Source: Candidatus Omnitrophota bacterium
GTDB lineage: Bacteria; Omnitrophota; Gorgyraeia; Gygaellales; Profunditerraquicolaceae
Direction: 5' to 3'
Assembly: GCA_041650835.1 (NCBI GenBank)
Contig: JBAZKL010000003.1
Location: 227,682-291,681 of the forward strand
DNA: 64,000 bases
The notes below the pieces were generated by a model, which was not told where the DNA came from, did no database searches, and saw only the letters and a list, made by a program, of their open reading frames with translations. Of this stretch, positions 1 to 10,287 are shown piece after piece. The first letter of the stretch is position 1. The number at the start of each line of letters is the position of its first letter. The position numbers and the translations under genes were made by a program.

Positions 1-848
1 GAATTATGGTGCGGCTGGCGCAAGGTCTGAAAAAACTCCTCCCGGGTTTTATTCACATCGCCTATCGACCATATTTCTTTGCCGCTTGATAAATCAAAAC
101 AAAATAACCGGTGCTCATTCCTCATCAACGCGACATTACCGAAGCATACGGGGAACAGGGGATTTTCTTCGTACGACTTTAACCATTGCCGGAGGGTAAA
201 TAAAAAATCATTCGTATGATCCTCTCGCAATTCAAAAACCCATTGCTTTACGGGAGCCAGGCGCGCCGTTGCAAGGACGGGAAAATGCCCAAAAGAAGGA
301 ACATCATCGCCTTGACCCCATGCGGACTTCTGTCCAACCCAGAGTTGCCGCGTTTTTCTGGTTAGATCGTAACGCGTGTAAGGAAGCTTCAAATTGGGAA
401 AATAAAGATACTCCGCCTCCGGCTTGAGGCTTGTGATATAAAAATCCCCGCGGCCCGTTCCATTAAAAGGGCGTTCGTCAAGAGACGGGGCAGTATTGAT
501 GCCATTATCTTCCACAAGGATAAACCCGTCTTCCTGCTTCTTCCAAATGATCACTTTTTCCGCCAGTTTCTTTAAATGAGCGACTGCCCGTACTCCTTCC
601 AGGCGCTGGCGGAAAGCAATAAGCTCCTCTGCCGGCAATATATTAAGTTGTTCGGAAAGCGCGAAATATTCCCAAACGTTAGTGTCTGTGGCATAGCGTT
701 CCAGCAAAACAGTATCGTGATCTTTGAGACCGGGCAAAGGCGCCAGGCGCTCATCTTCACATCGCAGGCCCTCACCCAAAGGGATACCGAACAATCCGGC
801 CGCCACGAGCACATAAAACATTTTAAACAAAAAGTTACGCAAGAACAT
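1..848 (-). CDS. hypothetical secreted protein, N-terminal part only (C-terminus lies beyond window start)
   Basis: Open minus-strand frame from ATG at 848 (AGGAGG 5 nt upstream) to position 1 with no stop; signal-like N-terminus MFLRNFLFKMFYVLVAAGLFG. It is absent from the ORF track because it has no in-window stop. It supersedes the short ORFs at 572-866. Confidence 0.55.
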   Translation of the reverse strand, partial: MFLRNFLFKMFYVLVAAGLFGIPLGEGLRCEDERLAPLPGLKDHDTVLLERYATDTNVWEYFALSEQLNILPAEELIAFRQRLEGVRAVAHLKKLAEKVIIWKKQEDGFILVEDNGINTAPSLDERPFNGTGRGDFYITSLKPEAEYLYFPNLKLPYTRYDLTRKTRQLWVGQKSAWGQGDDVPSFGHFPVLATARLAPVKQWVFELREDHTNDFLFTLRQWLKSYEENPLFPVCFGNVALMRNEHRLFCFDLSSGKEIWSIGDVNKTREEFFQTLRQPHHN

Positions 849-933
849 CTTCCTCCTGCTTCTTGAGCCTGCTGAAGAAATTAAATGACCGCCGCTTTTT
901 TCCGTTGCCCGGGAAAGGTTTTTTCAAAACGCC

Positions 934-1833
934 TTACAATCCGTCGAATTTTAAATTCAGTTTATCGGCCAAAGCCCGCACTCCGGGGTCCTTCAAAAGT
1001 TCCGGGTCGGGTTTATATTCGGAATAGATGAGTTTTTGGGAATGGATGATCTTGATCAAAAGATGTTGTTCAATATAAGACAAAGGGACCAACTCGCTGT
1101 TTTTGATCTTTCTCAGCTGCCGGCTATACCAATTATAGACATACGGCCCGATTACCGAACACCGTTTATCGGAATACCGGACATCTTTTTTCCTGATAAC
1201 AACCTGCCGCCCTACCGTGGAAACAATATCAAGGTAATTACGGTACGCGGAAAGGAACGTATCAATGGCCATTTCAGGCCTCAACTCTTCAGGCCAAAAC
1301 TGATAATAGGGTTCATAGTTATCAAATATCATGGTACCGTTCTTTTTCAACAAGGGCCAGCAGCTCACCGCGTCCGCTAAGACATCATCGGCAGTATGCG
1401 AACCGTCGATATAAATGATATCGAAGGAATCCACCGGTAATTTGCGCGCTTCCAGATGAGAAAACCCTGTTATCAACTCTACCTTGCGCTCGTAACCGGA
1501 GACCCGGAGATTCTCTGCGCATCGCTCCTTTAGGTCTTTGGGAAAAATATCTATGCCGGTGGCACGAGCCGTATCATGGGTCAGGATATTTTCAAGCATC
1601 CATATGAGCGAACGCCCCTCGAACACCCCGATCTCAAGGTACCGCACTCCCTGTTTACCCTTATAAGAAGCTAATACGGTATCCCAATACTCCAGATGTT
1701 CCCGTTTGAAAGTATCGGTAAAGACATATGCGGGTTTAGTTGCCTGAGGAACGGCGGAAAAACTGCTTCCTCTATTAACCGTTACTATCAGCGCCATCAA
1801 AAGCAAACCGCGGAAAACCCCTGGACTTTTCAT
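934..1833 (-). CDS. class I SAM-dependent methyltransferase (TylF/MycF-like, Methyltransf_24-type) with N-terminal signal peptide
   Basis: 299-aa ORF; Rossmann motif LEIGVFEGRS and IIYIDGSHTADDV motif typical of the macrocin-O-MTase family; hydrophobic N-terminus. Confidence 0.6.
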   Translation of the reverse strand: MKSPGVFRGLLLMALIVTVNRGSSFSAVPQATKPAYVFTDTFKREHLEYWDTVLASYKGKQGVRYLEIGVFEGRSLIWMLENILTHDTARATGIDIFPKDLKERCAENLRVSGYERKVELITGFSHLEARKLPVDSFDIIYIDGSHTADDVLADAVSCWPLLKKNGTMIFDNYEPYYQFWPEELRPEMAIDTFLSAYRNYLDIVSTVGRQVVIRKKDVRYSDKRCSVIGPYVYNWYSRQLRKIKNSELVPLSYIEQHLLIKIIHSQKLIYSEYKPDPELLKDPGVRALADKLNLKFDGL

Positions 1834-1907
1834 CTTACCTCCTTAATGACAATAGTACTTCTCGCGCATCAACCAAAAACGCACCTCAGGACACCTGCGA
1901 AATCACC

Positions 1908-3545
1908 TTAAGGATACGGGATAATGGAACGCTCCCGCGAATCCCTGTTCGCTCCTGGCGAGCGCCCGGCTTCCTGTTTATTATCCCACAAGACCAGCTT
2001 CTCTTTCAGCATTGCGGCTACTTCAGGGTAGGCCGCTGCCACATCAGTCCGCTCGAAAGGGTCCTGCGTTAAATCATACAGCTCAATTTCCTTCCGGGAG
2101 ATATTTTTTCCGCTGATAAATCCCCACCAGGATATTTTTTCCTGAAGCGCGGGGTCTTTTCTCCAGAGTAATTTCCATCGGTTCGTCCGTATGGCGATAT
2201 CATACGGCGGATACCGGTACTCAGGAAAAGTGCCGAAATATTCTTTGAGCATTTCCGGGTAGTGCTTTTTACTTTCGATCTTCGTGAAAACCTGGGGCAT
2301 AGCGATCATCTGATACCATTCCAATAAATACCGGCTCAGAACGAATTCCCAAAGAGGTATCCGTGAGGTATAGGCGAATTCATTTATCTGCGAAACATCA
2401 GTATTTTTGATAAGTGCCGTCACACTGCGGCCCTGGAACGATTCATCAAGGGGGATCTGCAAATAATCCAGCAACGTCGGCACAATATCTATACCCTGCA
2501 CCTGATGAAAGATCCTTTTCCCCCTGAATTTATTCCCGGGGAATTTAATGAGCAGCGCATTCTTAACCTCGGTGTCATAGATATCGTAATGCTGAAAATA
2601 ACCGTGTTCTCCCAGGTCCTCCCCGTGAACGGAATGCAGTATGATCAGGGTTTTATCCATCAGATCTTGCTTTTCCAACACAGACAACAACCGCCCGATA
2701 AACATATCGGTATACCGGATACCAGCGTCATACCGGGCGATGATAAATGCCACGTCTTCTTTGGTGAGGCGGTGCGCCGGCGAGAAATCACAATAATACT
2801 CCCCCCGGTAAATCCGGGACAGGATACCGATACCCATATAATCTTTATTCGCGTTTGGAAACGCGCCATACTTTCTGAAAAAGGGAGAATACCGGGGGGG
2901 GTCGAAAACTTTGCGATCGGCTTCCGGAACCATCCAACTGTAAGGCCAATGCACCGACCCCAGAGGCAGCCACAAAAAGAATTTTTTCTCTTTGTTGCGC
3001 TTGATCCATCCCAACGCATCCCAGGGAATGTCCCCATTCTTCCGAGTCGGTTCATACACGTCAAAATGCTTCTCGAAAACGCTGCGCGCAGGTATTAAAG
3101 CCCCGGTCCGGGATAGTTTAACATTCTTATAGAACTCTATAGAGCTTAAGAACGCGGCATTATAATAATCATAATACTTCAGGATTTCCGGCAGCCGCCT
3201 TCCGGTCACGTCTGCTTCAGAAGATTCAAACTCGATCATACCGTTCGCGCGGGGGTATTGCGCGGTAAGGATACTCATCTGGCTGATCGGCGTCAGATTC
3301 GCCTGGGTAATAAAATTTTCAAAAAGCACCGCCCGCTTGGCAAGGCGGTCGATATGCGGGCTCGTCTTGCGCCGGTAACCATAACATCCCAAATGATCAT
3401 TTCTTAACGTATCGATCGATATTAATATTACATTGGTGTATTCATGGACGGGAGTATTCACCAGGGCAGGCTCACCGGCAGTGACAGCTGCGCAGCCGCA
3501 GATAAAAAAAGACACGATAACCAAAAGGATGCCTTTTGCCATCAT
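1908..3545 (-). CDS. sulfatase-like hydrolase/transferase (alkaline phosphatase superfamily, Thr-nucleophile type), lipoprotein
   Basis: 545 aa; N-terminal FICGC lipobox-like signal; SIDTLRNDHLGCYGY metal-binding motif; Thr (TPISQ) replaces the Cys/Ser-x-P-x-R formylglycine motif. Confidence 0.65.
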   Translation of the reverse strand: MMAKGILLVIVSFFICGCAAVTAGEPALVNTPVHEYTNVILISIDTLRNDHLGCYGYRRKTSPHIDRLAKRAVLFENFITQANLTPISQMSILTAQYPRANGMIEFESSEADVTGRRLPEILKYYDYYNAAFLSSIEFYKNVKLSRTGALIPARSVFEKHFDVYEPTRKNGDIPWDALGWIKRNKEKKFFLWLPLGSVHWPYSWMVPEADRKVFDPPRYSPFFRKYGAFPNANKDYMGIGILSRIYRGEYYCDFSPAHRLTKEDVAFIIARYDAGIRYTDMFIGRLLSVLEKQDLMDKTLIILHSVHGEDLGEHGYFQHYDIYDTEVKNALLIKFPGNKFRGKRIFHQVQGIDIVPTLLDYLQIPLDESFQGRSVTALIKNTDVSQINEFAYTSRIPLWEFVLSRYLLEWYQMIAMPQVFTKIESKKHYPEMLKEYFGTFPEYRYPPYDIAIRTNRWKLLWRKDPALQEKISWWGFISGKNISRKEIELYDLTQDPFERTDVAAAYPEVAAMLKEKLVLWDNKQEAGRSPGANRDSRERSIIPYP

Positions 3546-3568
3546 GAAAAATATTCTTTCCCTTTCTT

Positions 3569-5026
3569 TTACCGGGGAGCCTGTGAATCATAAACAGGAT
3601 AACATCCCGTTTCCCAGTTTCCCGACAAATCCCGGCCCATTGATTTAAAATAAGCAAAAAGCCGCTGCTCCAGCTCATAAGCCAGGCGCGCCTCTTTTTC
3701 CGCCAGGTTATTGCGTTCTCCGGGGTCATTTCTAAGGTTGTACAGCTCTTTTTCCCCGCTCTCAAGGGTATAAATGAACTTCCAGCCGTCTGAGGTCCTC
3801 AGAGCCCGCTTATAGGTATACCGGCGGTAATCAGTTTCGGAATAAACTTCCCGGGAAACAGTCCTTGCGCGCATAGCCTCAACCAGACTTATACCCCGCA
3901 GTTGGCTCCTGAGAACAGGCGATAGCTCTATTTGAAGCAGTTCCAGGATCGTAGGCATAATATCGATCGAACTAACTTGATCCCCTATTTGCCTCCCCCT
4001 GCCTCCTGCCGGCACCTTGATCAACAGCGGGACATGAATGAGCTCTTCATATAAACTAAACCCGTGATCGAACCTTTGATGCTCGTATACTTCGGTGCCG
4101 TGGTCTGAGGTGACGCAAAGAATGGTATTACGCATCAGGCCGAGATCATCAACCTCCCGCAGGAACTCCCCCAATTTCCGGTCAAGCCGATTGATCTTTT
4201 CATCATAAACGGCTCTCCAGAAATCGACATCCTCCTGCCTCAACTCTACTTTACCGTTCGTAAGCCCTTCCTCTCTCAAAGCTTCTTGCTCCTTCTTGGA
4301 TCCCGTATAAGTGCCATCGTATCCCCGGGACACATATCGATAATCAAAACCTTCCGAAGGTTCACATTGGCCATGGACATCATATCCATGCAGAAAAAGA
4401 AAAAACTTTTTATCCTTATTGTCTTTAAGCCACTGCAACGCTTTCGGGACGGTATATTCCATTGAGCCGAATTTAACGTCATCAACATACCTGTCAAAAC
4501 CACGGTTGAATCCAAAAATACCGCTGACTCCCGCGCCCCCGGTAAAAGCGGCGGTAGCATACCCCTGCTCTTTGAGGATTTCGGCAAGCGTTATCAAATT
4601 CGGAGATAATTCTTTCAGCCGGGAGGGTATCTGACGGGGAGGATCGTAAAAACTGAATTTATTGACGACTTTGTGTTGTGACGGAAGAACGCCCGTGAAC
4701 CACGACATCGAAGCGGGAACCGTCCATGAGGAAACAGAAACGGCATTGGTAAAATTGTAATTTTCCCGCATCAGGCGGTCGATAACCGGAGTAACATCCT
4801 TCGGGTACCCCAACGCGTGCACGTGGCCGGCCTGTAACGCGTCAAGGCTGACCATGATCACGTTCGCCCCTTTGAAGCGCGCGTTCAATTCCGGGGGCTC
4901 TTCGATTTTTACCTTTGAGCGTATTTGCCCGTGTGTCGAACACCCCAAAATAAAACTACAGGTAATTACTATCCCCGCCTTCAAGGACTGGATAATCTCC
5001 GCCGATAAAGAATATTTATTATTCAT
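3569..5026 (-). CDS. sulfatase-like hydrolase/transferase (alkaline phosphatase superfamily, Thr-nucleophile type), lipoprotein
   Basis: 485 aa; ILGCS lipobox-like signal; MVSLDALQAGH motif; TVPAS in place of CxPxR; paralogous to the upstream gene. Confidence 0.65.
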   Translation of the reverse strand: MNNKYSLSAEIIQSLKAGIVITCSFILGCSTHGQIRSKVKIEEPPELNARFKGANVIMVSLDALQAGHVHALGYPKDVTPVIDRLMRENYNFTNAVSVSSWTVPASMSWFTGVLPSQHKVVNKFSFYDPPRQIPSRLKELSPNLITLAEILKEQGYATAAFTGGAGVSGIFGFNRGFDRYVDDVKFGSMEYTVPKALQWLKDNKDKKFFLFLHGYDVHGQCEPSEGFDYRYVSRGYDGTYTGSKKEQEALREEGLTNGKVELRQEDVDFWRAVYDEKINRLDRKLGEFLREVDDLGLMRNTILCVTSDHGTEVYEHQRFDHGFSLYEELIHVPLLIKVPAGGRGRQIGDQVSSIDIMPTILELLQIELSPVLRSQLRGISLVEAMRARTVSREVYSETDYRRYTYKRALRTSDGWKFIYTLESGEKELYNLRNDPGERNNLAEKEARLAYELEQRLFAYFKSMGRDLSGNWETGCYPVYDSQAPR

Positions 5027-5073
5027 TTTAAAAAGCAGTGTATCATCGCCTTATGTCGCTGTAAAGCAGATTC

Positions 5074-6240
5074 TCACCTGTTTTTCCAATATGGACGGAT
5101 ATCCTCAATCCCCAAAAGTTCCCTCATACCGCCGCAGGCTATCTGGCATAATTCGATCGAAAACGCGGTCAACGCCTCCAGGGCGACTATAGCGTCCTTT
5201 GTCACCGCAACATCCCATCCCAGGTATGGGAAATCAACGGTTTTTTCCGCCGCCGCCAAAACAAACTCCTTTATTTTCCGCCACTCAGCTACGGTGAAGC
5301 CCGTAAAAATAAAGCCGGTATCCGGATGCGCCCGGAAATATCCGCATGTTAAAGACCGGGCCTGCTCAGCAACCGCCCCGGTTTCTAAATCGACCCTGAC
5401 AAAAATACCTCCCTGCCCGGCATTATCAACCTGCTCCCCCCCGCGCCCCATGCGTAAGAGCGCGCAAACAATACGGACATCCCCGCCCTTATTTTCCGTA
5501 ACGATACGCAGCGTATTGACCGAATGCGGATATATTTTTGAAAAAGCCTCAACCTGATCCAGTCCGGGCTGTATGATATAATCGTTATTGGCCGCTATTT
5601 TCTGAAGCAGGCTTTCCCCCCATGATTCGTTATTCTTACTGACATACCTGCCGCAGGCGGTCTTATTTAAAATGTATATTCCGCGCGCGCAATGTTCCTG
5701 CCGCGGTTTAATGAATATTTTCCGGAACTTTCCTTCGGCAACAGCCTGGTTTACCGCGGCAAAGCTCGTCGGTTTAAGCTCATTGGTGTAAAGCCGCCTG
5801 TTTATTAATTTACATAAGGTCACCGGTTGCGCGATCCCTAAGCTCCTGAAATACTGCTCTTCGATAAGTTTATCGTTAACCAGGACATCTTTTTTCGCTG
5901 AATTATGATACTCCCAGAACAATACCAGGAAGAAATAATGGGGGATATAATTGATAAGCTGCCCTTCTGAAAGCTTCTGATCGGCCCGATAGAGGTCGTA
6001 TAACAGATAATGCGTAGGATGACACCCCCAATATTTTTTACACAGGGACATTTCTTTTTTGATCTGAGAGAGCGGTTTCTTTTCGCTGCATTCTTTGTAA
6101 CGGCAAAACGCCGCGCGATAGACCGGGCGCAGCAGCGGTAATTGCCTCTCAAAGAGCTTCTCCTGCAACTTTAAACCCCAGGGAGTCCTCCTGAGCCTTG
6201 TGACAAACGATTCTATCCGATAGGCATGTTCAAAAGACAT
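5074..6240 (-). CDS. ATP-grasp domain protein (sugar-transfer-associated ATP-grasp type)
   Basis: 388 aa; family-level resemblance to PF14397-like alpha-L-glutamate-ligase-related ATP-grasp proteins (recognised from sequence, no HMM run). Confidence 0.5.
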   Translation of the reverse strand: MSFEHAYRIESFVTRLRRTPWGLKLQEKLFERQLPLLRPVYRAAFCRYKECSEKKPLSQIKKEMSLCKKYWGCHPTHYLLYDLYRADQKLSEGQLINYIPHYFFLVLFWEYHNSAKKDVLVNDKLIEEQYFRSLGIAQPVTLCKLINRRLYTNELKPTSFAAVNQAVAEGKFRKIFIKPRQEHCARGIYILNKTACGRYVSKNNESWGESLLQKIAANNDYIIQPGLDQVEAFSKIYPHSVNTLRIVTENKGGDVRIVCALLRMGRGGEQVDNAGQGGIFVRVDLETGAVAEQARSLTCGYFRAHPDTGFIFTGFTVAEWRKIKEFVLAAAEKTVDFPYLGWDVAVTKDAIVALEALTAFSIELCQIACGGMRELLGIEDIRPYWKNR

Positions 6241-6257
6241 ATGAATTCTCCATGTTC

Positions 6258-7949
6258 CTATTTATGGCAACAATAGGGGCCTACGCATAACACTTCGATC
6301 GGTGAATTCTTGAATACCGCAAGAGCATCATCGGGAGAATCAACGATCGGTTTCCCCCTTAAATTAAACGAAGTATTTAATACCATCGGGACCCCCGAGA
6401 TCTTATCAAATTCGGAAATAAGATGATAGAAGAGCGGATTTGCCTGCCGCTCTACAGACTGTGGCCTGGCAGTGCCGTCCTTATGGACACAAGCGGGGAC
6501 CTCATCTTGTTTGGTTTCTCTAAATTCATTCGTGTATAACATAAAAGGCGACCGCCATGGTTCTTTGAAATAATCATGGAACCTTTCCGCTAAGACCGCC
6601 GGGGCAAAAGGCCTGAACCACTCCCGGTGTTTTATATGCGCATTGATATGTTCCCGCATGGAATTCTCGCAAGGCGAAGCTAAAAGGCTTCTATTACCCA
6701 ATGCCCGCGGCCCCATCTCGGCGCGCCCCTGGAACCATGCGACAACTTTGCCTTCGGCCAGATAAGCCGCAGCCGTTTTTCCCACATCAGGGCAGTACTG
6801 AAAATTAAAATCGTGTTTACGTAAACTCTGCTCGATTTCATCGGCGTAGAACTCTCTTCCAAGATACGGATTAACAAAATCCTTACGCGGCGTATTTAAT
6901 CCGGTATTTTGAACATGCCACAAAAAACCCGCCCCAAAGGCAGTTCCCACATCATTCATCGCGGGCTGCACATAGATATTCTTAAAAAGCCCTGATTTCC
7001 GGATCACGCTGTTGAGCGAGCAATTAAGGAAGACACCTCCCGCCAAACACAAATTATCGCCACCAACCGCTTTTTTAAGCCAATCGAGCATCAACAAAAT
7101 ATTCTTTTCAAGCGTTACCTGGGCTGCTGCCGCGATTTGACAATGACGCGTTTCAAGCTTACCTCCTGCAACACGCGGCATTCCGAACTCACGTTCAAAT
7201 TTATTTGACCAGCGTTTGCTTCTCTGGTCATAAAAGGTGAAATAACGCATATCCAGCTGCAGCAAACCATTCTTATCGGCCTTTATGAATTTATCAAACC
7301 GGGGGCAATATTCTTTATCCCCATAAGCTGCCAATGCCATAACTGTCCCTTCGCCTGCATGAGGGGTAAAACCGAGATATTCGGTGATCGTGGTATAGAA
7401 TTTCCCCAGTGACGCCGGATAGTGTATCTCCTTGATCTTGCGCAAAGATGCTCCTTGCGCGTGCGCGTAGAGGACAGTAGCGCTCTCTCCGTTGCCGTCA
7501 GCGGTCAATATCGCCGCGCCTTCGAAAGGCGAAAGGAAATATGAACTTGCGGCATGACAGAGATGATGCTCAAAGAATTTGACGCGGGGCCAAATAAGCT
7601 TCAGGCACGAAGGGAAACACTTCTCAAAGTTCTTTTGGAGCCTGCGATAGAAAGAACAATAATAGACCGTCCGCCAAAAAAGCTTTCTCGCAAGGTGAGG
7701 CGAAGCCCAGTATTTCAACGAATCCAGACAAAAGACTTTGACCGGGTCATGGTTAACCGCGACAATATCGATATCCTTGATCGTGATGCCGGAAAAACGC
7801 AAGCACTCTCCGATAGCCAACTCCGGAAAGAAACACCTGTTCTTTACCTTGCGCAGACGATCCTCCTCAAAACAAGCGATAAGCTCACCGTCTTTAAGAA
7901 GCGCGGCCGCGGAATTAACATGATCTGTCGCTATCCCCAGCACATACAT
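6258..7949 (-). CDS. carbamoyltransferase (NodU/CmcH family)
   Basis: 563 aa; N-terminus MYVLGIATDHVNSAAALLKDGELIA...EEDRLRKVKN is typical of Carbam_trans_N; length matches family. Confidence 0.75.
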   Translation of the reverse strand: MYVLGIATDHVNSAAALLKDGELIACFEEDRLRKVKNRCFFPELAIGECLRFSGITIKDIDIVAVNHDPVKVFCLDSLKYWASPHLARKLFWRTVYYCSFYRRLQKNFEKCFPSCLKLIWPRVKFFEHHLCHAASSYFLSPFEGAAILTADGNGESATVLYAHAQGASLRKIKEIHYPASLGKFYTTITEYLGFTPHAGEGTVMALAAYGDKEYCPRFDKFIKADKNGLLQLDMRYFTFYDQRSKRWSNKFEREFGMPRVAGGKLETRHCQIAAAAQVTLEKNILLMLDWLKKAVGGDNLCLAGGVFLNCSLNSVIRKSGLFKNIYVQPAMNDVGTAFGAGFLWHVQNTGLNTPRKDFVNPYLGREFYADEIEQSLRKHDFNFQYCPDVGKTAAAYLAEGKVVAWFQGRAEMGPRALGNRSLLASPCENSMREHINAHIKHREWFRPFAPAVLAERFHDYFKEPWRSPFMLYTNEFRETKQDEVPACVHKDGTARPQSVERQANPLFYHLISEFDKISGVPMVLNTSFNLRGKPIVDSPDDALAVFKNSPIEVLCVGPYCCHK

Positions 7950-7979
7950 TGTATACCTTTCCTCTCCTCAACGAAAAAA

Positions 7980-9170
7980 TTATTCCGCCCCCGCCTCACT
8001 CGATATGCTTTTGTTAAGAACACTTCTTACTATCGTAAAGAAACGCACACAATGCGGCAGGCAGTCATCCAGCGATATTTCGCAGGAGGCCTTATGCAGC
8101 CCCCTGAATGCCTGAAGCTTATTTGGCGCCCTCAAAAGATAGAATAGTTCATCATATAATATCCAACGGAATTCCTTTCCTTCCGGAAAATCAGGCCCCG
8201 GGTTCACCGGCTCATCCAAAGCCTTCTGGAAGAGCATGCCGGGAAAATCGATGCCGGATGCGATCGCGAATTCTATAGTGCTCCAGAATCTTGGATTAGC
8301 ATCGATCAACTTAAGGGTATTATCCCTGCGATCATGTATATACTGGATATCGACAATACCATTCCAGCCCAGGGGGCGCAGCAAAGACAGGGAAATATCT
8401 TGAAGCGCGCCGTGCTTAATTGACCGCGCCGCGATACTATGTCCAAACGGCAGAGGGTAACTGCGTATTGTTTTCGTCGTAAAAAAAGCCTTGAGCGCGG
8501 AATGATCGAAATAGCCGTAAAAATTAAGCACTTCCCCGTCGATATATTCCTGGATAAGCGGCCTGCGGGTATCGAAGAAAACTTCAGGCGCGGACGAAAT
8601 TCTTTGCTCCGCATTTGACAAGCGGCCATAGAGCGCGCAGAGCTCCGAGGGAGAAGCAGCACAACGGATACCGAGGCCGCCCCACGACAAGCGAGGCTTA
8701 AGAAGCACCGGATATTTGAGTTTCCCGGCGATACTCCTTACTTCCAAAGCGTTCTCCGGGAAAAAAGTATCCGGCACCGGGATTTTATTTTCCCGGGCCC
8801 GCAAAAACAAAGTTCCCTTATCTTGAAGCTCGGCAAACGCAGTCCGGCTCGGCAATGGTATCAGCCGGGTATACTCCCGGTACTGATCCTGATATTTCAG
8901 GATCACGCTGAATGTCCGGTCAAACAACGGCATCAGCACATCAGGCTTGAATCTTTTAACAGCGGACAGTATGGCCGCGTGCATCTTTTCGCCGTTTTCA
9001 TCAACGGGGTAGAGAAAATGAGCGGCGCAATATCTTGAGAAAAACGCCTGCGACAAACGAGAATACCCTCCGGCGAAAACTTTCACCCCGCGGGCGCCGA
9101 AGCTCCGGGTAAGAGCGAGTGCGGCGCGATTGTCCGCGTCTAAGATCATAACGCTTAGTGGATGATTCAC
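7980..9170 (-). CDS. ATP-grasp carboxylate-amine ligase
   Basis: 396 aa; N-terminal pre-ATP-grasp region MILDADNRAALALTRSFGARGVKVF and ATP-grasp core. Confidence 0.55.
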   Translation of the reverse strand: MNHPLSVMILDADNRAALALTRSFGARGVKVFAGGYSRLSQAFFSRYCAAHFLYPVDENGEKMHAAILSAVKRFKPDVLMPLFDRTFSVILKYQDQYREYTRLIPLPSRTAFAELQDKGTLFLRARENKIPVPDTFFPENALEVRSIAGKLKYPVLLKPRLSWGGLGIRCAASPSELCALYGRLSNAEQRISSAPEVFFDTRRPLIQEYIDGEVLNFYGYFDHSALKAFFTTKTIRSYPLPFGHSIAARSIKHGALQDISLSLLRPLGWNGIVDIQYIHDRRDNTLKLIDANPRFWSTIEFAIASGIDFPGMLFQKALDEPVNPGPDFPEGKEFRWILYDELFYLLRAPNKLQAFRGLHKASCEISLDDCLPHCVRFFTIVRSVLNKSISSEAGAE

Positions 9171-9204
9171 TGTTTCCGCCTTTGCAAAAAGGTACCGAAA
9201 AAAA

Positions 9205-10287
9205 CTATAGCTTGATTTTTCTATCTATTATTACCGTATCCTCCCGGAACCAAAAGACCCGCAGCTCAGAAAGCCCGCGGAACCTATAATAGGCGAGCGC
9301 CCTATTAACTTCTTCGGCCGAAGGGAGATGCTCATAAAAACAGGCTGCCCGCAAGCTTCCTCTCTCAACAAACATAAAGGGATTGCGTTTTAAAAAATGC
9401 CTGACCGCCTGGCCGGCGGCGGCGCACGTAACCAGGAACATCTTTTCCCCTGATTTCTTATATGAGAGTACCGGGGACCATTTTTTCTTGAACCTGATTA
9501 CACCGTCGTTGAGGAACGGCCTTGAAGCCCCCAGATCAACGGCCTTAAAACCTCTCTCCCTGAAAGCGCGTATTGAAAATTGGAAGAGCGCCTGGACAAC
9601 ACCCCGGTTAACATGATCTCTACTGCCGTCTTTAACTCCGAGGAGCCAAATCCGCAAGCTCCCCCCCCGCGTGAAAAATATCTGCCCTCCCACGATCTCA
9701 TTACCCTGCCTCAAGACCCCAAGGCCGCAACGGGGGCCTGCCGCCAAGAATTTCTTTTGGATATCGCTGTATTCTCTTATAAAAGCAGCTTCTCCATGCG
9801 CCTTTTTTATAAATGGCACATACAGGCAATGATAGAAGTAACGCAAACACTCGGCATCACGCGTAATTTCAAAAGAAAACCGGTGCTTTTTAATCCTGCG
9901 CATATCGTTTTTAAGGCTTTTATTCTTTTCATACCCATGATCACCGTCGGTAAAGGTGACTATTGAAGACACCCATGAGGGGACCACGAAAGAAACGCGC
10001 CTTAAAAGGAACCGGGACAGGAAATAATACGATTCCATGATGAACAGCGAATCGTTGTTTTTCCGTAGCCTGCGGGAAGCAATATTGTCCCAAAACCATC
10101 TCCTGCCTAAAGACCTCTCCCGGTAACCGCCCTGATACGCCAGAGAAGCGATATAACGCATGCCCGGATGGCTTCCGGCGTAGTAGATCAGCAGCGAACC
10201 CGGTGAGCCGCGCTTGAGCCCGCGCATCATCCAAAATTCAGGCTTAATATTCCCGTAAATCTTGTTTAACAAATCCCTTGGCTTCAT
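9205..10287 (-). CDS. hypothetical protein, possible FemAB-like / GNAT-fold (Acetyltransf_6) aminoacyl-transferase
   Basis: 360 aa; weak family-level resemblance only; stop overlaps the start of the downstream gene. Confidence 0.3.
   Translation of the reverse strand: MKPRDLLNKIYGNIKPEFWMMRGLKRGSPGSLLIYYAGSHPGMRYIASLAYQGGYRERSLGRRWFWDNIASRRLRKNNDSLFIMESYYFLSRFLLRRVSFVVPSWVSSIVTFTDGDHGYEKNKSLKNDMRRIKKHRFSFEITRDAECLRYFYHCLYVPFIKKAHGEAAFIREYSDIQKKFLAAGPRCGLGVLRQGNEIVGGQIFFTRGGSLRIWLLGVKDGSRDHVNRGVVQALFQFSIRAFRERGFKAVDLGASRPFLNDGVIRFKKKWSPVLSYKKSGEKMFLVTCAAAGQAVRHFLKRNPFMFVERGSLRAACFYEHLPSAEEVNRALAYYRFRGLSELRVFWFREDTVIIDRKIKL

Noticed and set aside
572-866. 80-aa (-) and 96-aa (+) ORFs from the track
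   Set aside because: Both lie inside a longer uninterrupted minus-strand frame (1-848) with a strong AGGAGG RBS; they are alternative-frame/shadow ORFs
2505-3098. Opposite-strand or alternative-frame ORFs embedded in long genes (e.g. 2505-3098+, 7554-8147+, 35335-36057+, 48770-49339+, 50910-51371+, 55714-56292+, 39080-39694+, 19333-19518-)
   Set aside because: Completely contained within well-supported conserved genes on the other strand or frame; no family resemblance; typical shadow ORFs
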